Positions 60,401-64,000 of a stretch of 64,000 nt of DNA are shown piece by piece. Made by a program: the position numbers and the translations under genes. The notes under the pieces were generated by a model. That model searched no databases. It was not told the origin of the DNA and saw nothing but the letters and a program-made list of their open reading frames with translations. The first letter of the stretch is position 1, and each line of letters begins with the position of its first letter. Location: the NCBI GenBank assembly GCA_965140445.1, contig OZ223236.1, positions 3,138,498 through 3,202,497 on the forward strand, given 5' to 3'. Origin of the DNA: Candidatus Ozemobacteraceae bacterium. GTDB taxonomy: Bacteria > Muiribacteriota > Ozemobacteria > Ozemobacterales > Ozemobacteraceae.

Positions 60401-62283
60401 TTAATGTTGAAGCCAATCAAGCCAGAGAAATTACTTCTTTTGCCTTTAATGGCTTGTCACCATCAGTTAGTGGTGTAATAGATGAAAACAGCAAAACCAT
60501 TGAATTAACTGTTCCAAATGGAACAAATATTACAAATTTAACCCCAACAATTGTCCATACAGGCGTTTCAATGACACCTGTATCAGGTGCTTCTCAAAAC
60601 TTTACAAATCCTGTAAATTATACGGTTACTGCTGAAAGTAATTTAACAAAAACGTATTCAGTAACAGTTATAGTCGAGCCAAGCAGTGAAAAAGATTTAA
60701 CTTCTTTTGCTTTTAATGGTCTTTCTCCTGCTGTTTTGGGAACTATCAATCAAGTTGCAAAAACCGTATCTTTAACGGTTCCTTATGATACTGATTTAAC
60801 AAATCTGGTTCCGACGATTTCCCATACAGGAAACAGTGTTTCGCCGGCATCAAATGTTCCAGCTAATTTTACAAATCCAGTTGCTTATACTGTCACTGCT
60901 GAAAATGGCTCAACGCAAAGTTATCAGGTAACTGTCACCAAAGAACCAAGTCCAACAAAATCAATAACTGGTTTTGCTTTTAATGGCTTAGATCCTGTAG
61001 TCTCGGGTTCTATAAACCAGGGTTCAAAGAAAGTTTCTGTCACAGTACCTTTTGGGACAGATCCATCCAATCTGGTTCCGACTATTACACATAATGGTGC
61101 CAGCATAAGTCCCAATAGCGGAATTGCACAGGATTTTACAAACCCTGTTTCTTATACTGTTACTGCTGAAGATTCTTCTTCTCAAAGTTATGAAGTCAAA
61201 GTGACTGTAGCTAAAAACCCATCGAAAAAAATAAAACAAATTAATTTTTCTAATGAAGTTCCAGTTGTTTCATATAATGTAGATGACACCACTGGTGATG
61301 TGGATGTGCTTGTTCCAGATGGAACAGACATTACTGCTTTAGCTCTCAACATCGCACATACAGGAAAGAGTATCAATCCAGTATCTGGTTCTGTTCAAAA
61401 TTTTACAAATCCTGTTACCTATACTGTAACTGCTGAAGACGATTCGCAAAAACCATTTATGGTTAGTGCTGCTGTGGATGCCACTCCTCAGGATTATATA
61501 TCACCAAATATTGGTGTTTTAAAAGCAATCAATGGGGGAGTCTTTCAACGTGATGACAATTCTGGAAACTTGACAGAGGTTTCAACATTTAGAATGGGGC
61601 AGTATGAAATAACTCAAGCACAATACATCGCGGTTACTGGTGCACCAAATCCAAGCTGGTGTGTTGCGCCAAATGTTTTACAGAACAATCTTAACAGACC
61701 TGTAGAAAAATTAACCTGGTATGATGCCGTTGAATTCTGTAACAAATTAAGCGAGCTTGAAGGTTTGCCATTAGCATATACAATTACTGGAAGAGTTCCT
61801 GCTTCTGGATACCCAATAACCGATGCTGTTGTAACTTTAACAGGAGAAAATGGTTATCGATTGCCTACAGATGCTGAATGGCAGTGGGCTTCTATGGGCG
61901 CTTCCGATAAAAGGAAAAAGAAATTTTCAGGGTCTACTGGTAGCAATAAAATAGAAGATTATGCCTGGTTTTTTGATAATTCAGTTGATGGTTTATTGCC
62001 ATCTGATCCAGATTACGGGACTCACCAAGTTGGAACGAAATTGCCAAATGAATTAGGAATTTATGACATGAATGGAAATGTTGAAGAATGGTGCTGGGAT
62101 TTGTATGATTCTTATCCTGCTGGACAACTTGAAAACCCCAAGGGTGCCGCAGCATCATCATTTAGACTCGTGCGTGGTGGGAGCTGGATAAGCAACATGT
62201 CGCGAACAGATGTTTCTTTTAGAAGGTATTTTTATCCAGGGGTGAAATTTGACTTTTATGGAATTAGGGTCATTCGTCAGTAA
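57436..62283 (+). CDS. giant surface lipoprotein: carboxypeptidase-regulatory-like/Ig-like N-terminal domains, 10 tandem ~88-aa beta-domain repeats, C-terminal FGE-sulfatase (SUMF1)-like domain
   Basis: Lipobox LVLVGC. Repeats of consensus ITSFxFxGLxPxVxGxIDxxxKTIxLTVPYGTDxTxLxPTIxHxGxSISPxSGxxQNFTNPVxYTVTAxNGSTQxYxVTV. The C-terminus RMGQYEIT...LTWYDAVEFCN...YRLPTDAEWQWA...GIYDMNGNVEEWCWD...RLVRGGSW matches pfam03781. Confidence 0.8.
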   Translation: MNFEKILKVSLFFLIVFSLVLVGCRLTGNYSDNTNSFSTVKGSIQGKISFTAKKNYRISGIRYQELTGLVSAAGAEVWLEDMPDIPHVFTNASGVYSFPDVPVGDHVVIAKLLINNVVQKARSENVSVTADANIVSVPEVQLENASNVLTGVLKDSSGVPLPPGTLLTLWGESFSVGLDGLFTTPPLPDSIDTAEVFVKIPGSQEVTSFVGPFVESGAPAFVEQQILPVADSNHAPSGVLLSKDALGNETIKCKVLDKLYITLTPFDPDANDISLLEFKWNVSNGSLIMGSSGKDAVWTAMENSGVATISVEIKDPKNATSTVNLRLLVDAESIDMVDSAGPVIISKIPDQGATSVDISSKIEVVFDEELQANSITNDSVTVSNAGENISGIVELQPDKKTIIWSGLTSLVSGSEIIATVNGDIRDVNGNPSGKETTWTFQTLGETKVISTNPFFTAAAPTKNITAFVFGGLTPQVDGIIDENSKKIALIVPFGTDVTSLIPSVTHNGINLSPASGIQQDFSTPVNYTVSAYDGSSQVYEVTVIESANPTKSITSFTFESLNPDVSGVVDDVAKTITVNVPYGTSITNIAPTITHSGASISPASGVRRNFTNPVTYTVTATNGTTQEYTVTVTTGGLFDCNISAFNFYGLSPSVIGNINNDDLTITLVVPRGTNLTSLVPTISHNGASISPVSGVARNFTNPVSYTVNARLWLSQTYQVYVVEEPNLNCVINTFDFEGLNPSISGEVDTALRKVVLNVPYGTNVTSLVPTISHTGVSISPASGVPVNFSNPVNYVVTASDGSTQTFQVQVVVSSSTSKDIISFDFEDFDPVVEGDIISFWFRSVSLTVPYGTDVTALTPTIRHSGVSINPPSGTPQNFSNSRTYTVTAANGSTNNYTVTVTVAPNIAKEITSFSFEGLNPPVYGLINDAARVISITVPYGTNITALTPTIVHTGTGISPLSGVAQNFTNTVSYNVVAANGSTKTYNVNVNVEANQAREITSFAFNGLSPSVSGVIDENSKTIELTVPNGTNITNLTPTIVHTGVSMTPVSGASQNFTNPVNYTVTAESNLTKTYSVTVIVEPSSEKDLTSFAFNGLSPAVLGTINQVAKTVSLTVPYDTDLTNLVPTISHTGNSVSPASNVPANFTNPVAYTVTAENGSTQSYQVTVTKEPSPTKSITGFAFNGLDPVVSGSINQGSKKVSVTVPFGTDPSNLVPTITHNGASISPNSGIAQDFTNPVSYTVTAEDSSSQSYEVKVTVAKNPSKKIKQINFSNEVPVVSYNVDDTTGDVDVLVPDGTDITALALNIAHTGKSINPVSGSVQNFTNPVTYTVTAEDDSQKPFMVSAAVDATPQDYISPNIGVLKAINGGVFQRDDNSGNLTEVSTFRMGQYEITQAQYIAVTGAPNPSWCVAPNVLQNNLNRPVEKLTWYDAVEFCNKLSELEGLPLAYTITGRVPASGYPITDAVVTLTGENGYRLPTDAEWQWASMGASDKRKKKFSGSTGSNKIEDYAWFFDNSVDGLLPSDPDYGTHQVGTKLPNELGIYDMNGNVEEWCWDLYDSYPAGQLENPKGAAASSFRLVRGGSWISNMSRTDVSFRRYFYPGVKFDFYGIRVIRQ
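58818..61470 (+). repeat. array of ten diverged tandem ~264-nt coding repeats (protein domain repeats) within the giant lipoprotein gene
   Basis: Each unit conserves VPYGT(D/N)xTxLxPTIxH(T/S)GxSISPxSG and NFTNPVxYTVTA. ~45-60% aa identity between units. Confidence 0.75.
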
Positions 62284-62291
62284 GGAAAAAT

Positions 62292-62693
62292 ATGAAAACA
62301 TTTGTTGTTATTGTTACTCTTTTTTTAATTCTGCCTCATGGGATTGCTTTCGCCAAAAAAAGTAGTGCTACAAAAAATATGCTTGAAGATGCTAAGAAAC
62401 TTAGTTATGAAGGGCAAATTAATCGCGCTGAAGAACTAATGGGAAAACATGAAAAAGAATTGGCAGAAAAGAAAAAAAGTAGTGAAGATAGCAGCATGAA
62501 TTCAATGATGCTTTCAATGATTTGGGGAGCAATCGGCACCGGGTATTTTATTTATGGTAAAAAACAGGCCAGAGCTATGTTTCTTCTTTGCGGAATTGGC
62601 CTTTGTGTTTTTCCAATGATTTTATCAGGAATAACCCTTAGTATAATACTTGGTTTAATTCTTTCTATAGCACCTTTTAAGATAGAAATTTGA
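62292..62693 (+). CDS. small membrane protein, hypothetical
   Basis: Signal-like N-terminus and two C-terminal TM helices. 8-nt gap to the upstream giant gene. Confidence 0.4.
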   Translation: MKTFVVIVTLFLILPHGIAFAKKSSATKNMLEDAKKLSYEGQINRAEELMGKHEKELAEKKKSSEDSSMNSMMLSMIWGAIGTGYFIYGKKQARAMFLLCGIGLCVFPMILSGITLSIILGLILSIAPFKIEI

Positions 62694-62718
62694 TTTAAAG
62701 ATTTTAAAGGATGTTAGA

Positions 62719-63171
62719 TTGAGAAGAAAAGATCGCAGTATTTCCGAAAATGAAGCCCAACAAATACTAATTAAAGGCGAATACGGTGTCCTTTCCCTGG
62801 CAAAGGGGGAGGTTGCTTACGGTATTCCGCTGTCATATTGCTATCATGAAAGAAGTATCATATTTCATTCTGCAATTGAGGGAAGAAAAATTGTTTTTTT
62901 AACAGAAAACCCCAGATGCTCTTTTTGTGTAGTTGGTGAAACAAAAACTTTACCAGAATCCTTTGGGACCTGCTACCAAAGTGCGATTGTTGAAGGAACC
63001 GTTTTTGAGCTTTTTAATAAAGAAAAGATAAATGGTCTCATGAAATTAGTGGAAAAATATTCTTCGGATTTCATAGATCAAGGCAAAGAATACATTTTGA
63101 AAAAAGAGAAAAATACGCGTGTTTTCATAATTAAAAATATAGTTATGAGCGGAAAAGCCAGAAAGTTTTAA
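62719..63171 (+). CDS. pyridoxamine 5'-phosphate oxidase-like FMN-binding protein (Pyridox_ox_2 / NimA-like split-barrel)
   Basis: The N-terminus MRRKDRSISENEAQQIL is the hallmark start of this family. ~150 aa split-barrel length. Confidence 0.65.
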   Translation: MRRKDRSISENEAQQILIKGEYGVLSLAKGEVAYGIPLSYCYHERSIIFHSAIEGRKIVFLTENPRCSFCVVGETKTLPESFGTCYQSAIVEGTVFELFNKEKINGLMKLVEKYSSDFIDQGKEYILKKEKNTRVFIIKNIVMSGKARKF

Positions 63172-63232
63172 TGTTTTATATTTCAATTTAAAAAATACAG
63201 CACTAAATTAATAATCAAAGGAAAAGCATTAG

Positions 63233-64000
63233 TTGAAAAACAAAACCAGCCTCATTGAAAAACTTTTTTTAGACTTAGTTACAACCAGAAGCGACACTAA
63301 TACATTATTTGAATGTGATATTGAAGAAGTCATTTTCAATTGGCTGGCTGAATTACCATATTTTATAAAATTTCCAGACAGATTAGGCACCAAGATTATA
63401 ATTAATGATGCTTTTCATCGAAAAGTAGTTTGGTCGCTTGTTAAAGGAAAAGGAAGCAAAACAATAGTTCTTATTCATCATCACGACGCTGTAGGAACAG
63501 AGGATTATGGCAAATTACGACCTTTTTCCTTATTGCCGGATGATTTGTTTGAAAAGCTAAAAAACCGAAAGTTATCACCAAATGTTAAAAAGGATTTAGA
63601 TTCAGGGGAATGGATTTTTGGAAGAGGAACTGCTGATATGAAGGCAGGAGCAGCGATTCAAATGGCTTTAATTGAAAAATTTTCCTGCGCCCCTGACTTC
63701 GATGGGAACCTTCTTTTGCTAAGCGTTCCAGACGAAGAATCTTTATCTAGGGGAATGCTAACTGCATCTGAATTAATGCAAGAGCTTAAATCTACTTTTG
63801 ATCTTGATTTTATTTTAACCATTAATTCCGAGCCTTATTTCAATAATTCTGGAAAAAAAGCAATAATGCATGAAGGTTCTGTTGGCAAAATAATGCCTGT
63901 TGTCTATGTAAAAGGCGTTAAAAGCCATATTGGCGACCCATACAATGGGATAAATCCATCTTTTATTTTAGCTAATATTCAACGATACACAGAACTTAAT
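63233..64000 (+). CDS. M20-family metallopeptidase/deacylase (ArgE/DapE-like), 3'-truncated by window end; TTG start
   Basis: LIHHHDAVG (first metal His/Asp region) and GRGTADMKAG (bridging Asp) are canonical M20 motifs. The ORF runs to the window edge. Confidence 0.65.
   Translation, partial: MKNKTSLIEKLFLDLVTTRSDTNTLFECDIEEVIFNWLAELPYFIKFPDRLGTKIIINDAFHRKVVWSLVKGKGSKTIVLIHHHDAVGTEDYGKLRPFSLLPDDLFEKLKNRKLSPNVKKDLDSGEWIFGRGTADMKAGAAIQMALIEKFSCAPDFDGNLLLLSVPDEESLSRGMLTASELMQELKSTFDLDFILTINSEPYFNNSGKKAIMHEGSVGKIMPVVYVKGVKSHIGDPYNGINPSFILANIQRYTELN

Noticed and set aside
58818-61470. Periodic ~264-nt repeats as a possible CRISPR or satellite array
   Set aside because: The repeats are in-frame, diverged protein-domain repeats inside one long ORF with no spacer/repeat structure.

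Overview
AT-rich (~35% GC) bacterial chromosomal segment, probably from an uncultivated lineage, that is gene-dense, uses the standard genetic code (TAA/TAG stops throughout) and frequently has TTG starts paired with strong GGAGG/GGGGG ribosome-binding sites. No rRNA, tRNA, CRISPR array, transposase or integrase is visible. Signal transduction dominates: a NarL-type response regulator with a PAS HisKA_3 kinase, a CheB-CheR-PAS fusion translationally coupled to a hybrid histidine kinase, and two further hybrid kinases, one with a periplasmic SBP_bac_3 sensor and one with a PocR sensor. A minus-strand envelope/glycan operon encodes a GT2 polyprenyl-phosphate sugar synthase, a LAB_N small membrane protein, a GT39 ArnT/PMT-like transferase, a membrane protein and a short GlgE-like GH13 enzyme. 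Nearby sit a standalone CBM48 glycogen-binding protein, an SH3b-NlpC/P60 hydrolase and a secreted endonuclease I. Housekeeping genes include moaA, a ROK glucokinase, a PFK-family kinase, rlmD, trkA/trkH, a DEAD-box helicase and an ABC-F ATPase. The most unusual items are (a) a DinG/XPD-family Fe-S helicase carrying an N-terminal RadC-like JAB/MPN domain with an intact JAMM motif, (b) a 1615-aa lipoprotein with ten tandem ~88-aa domain repeats and a C-terminal FGE-sulfatase-like domain lacking the catalytic cysteines, (c) a phosphohexomutase-like protein with a degenerate active site coupled to the glucokinase, and (d) the GT2/LAB_N/GT39/GlgE-like operon. Six intrinsic terminators are listed, three of them with near-perfect 9-bp stems between convergent genes (12681..12717, 39955..39994, 51361..51397; see findings).
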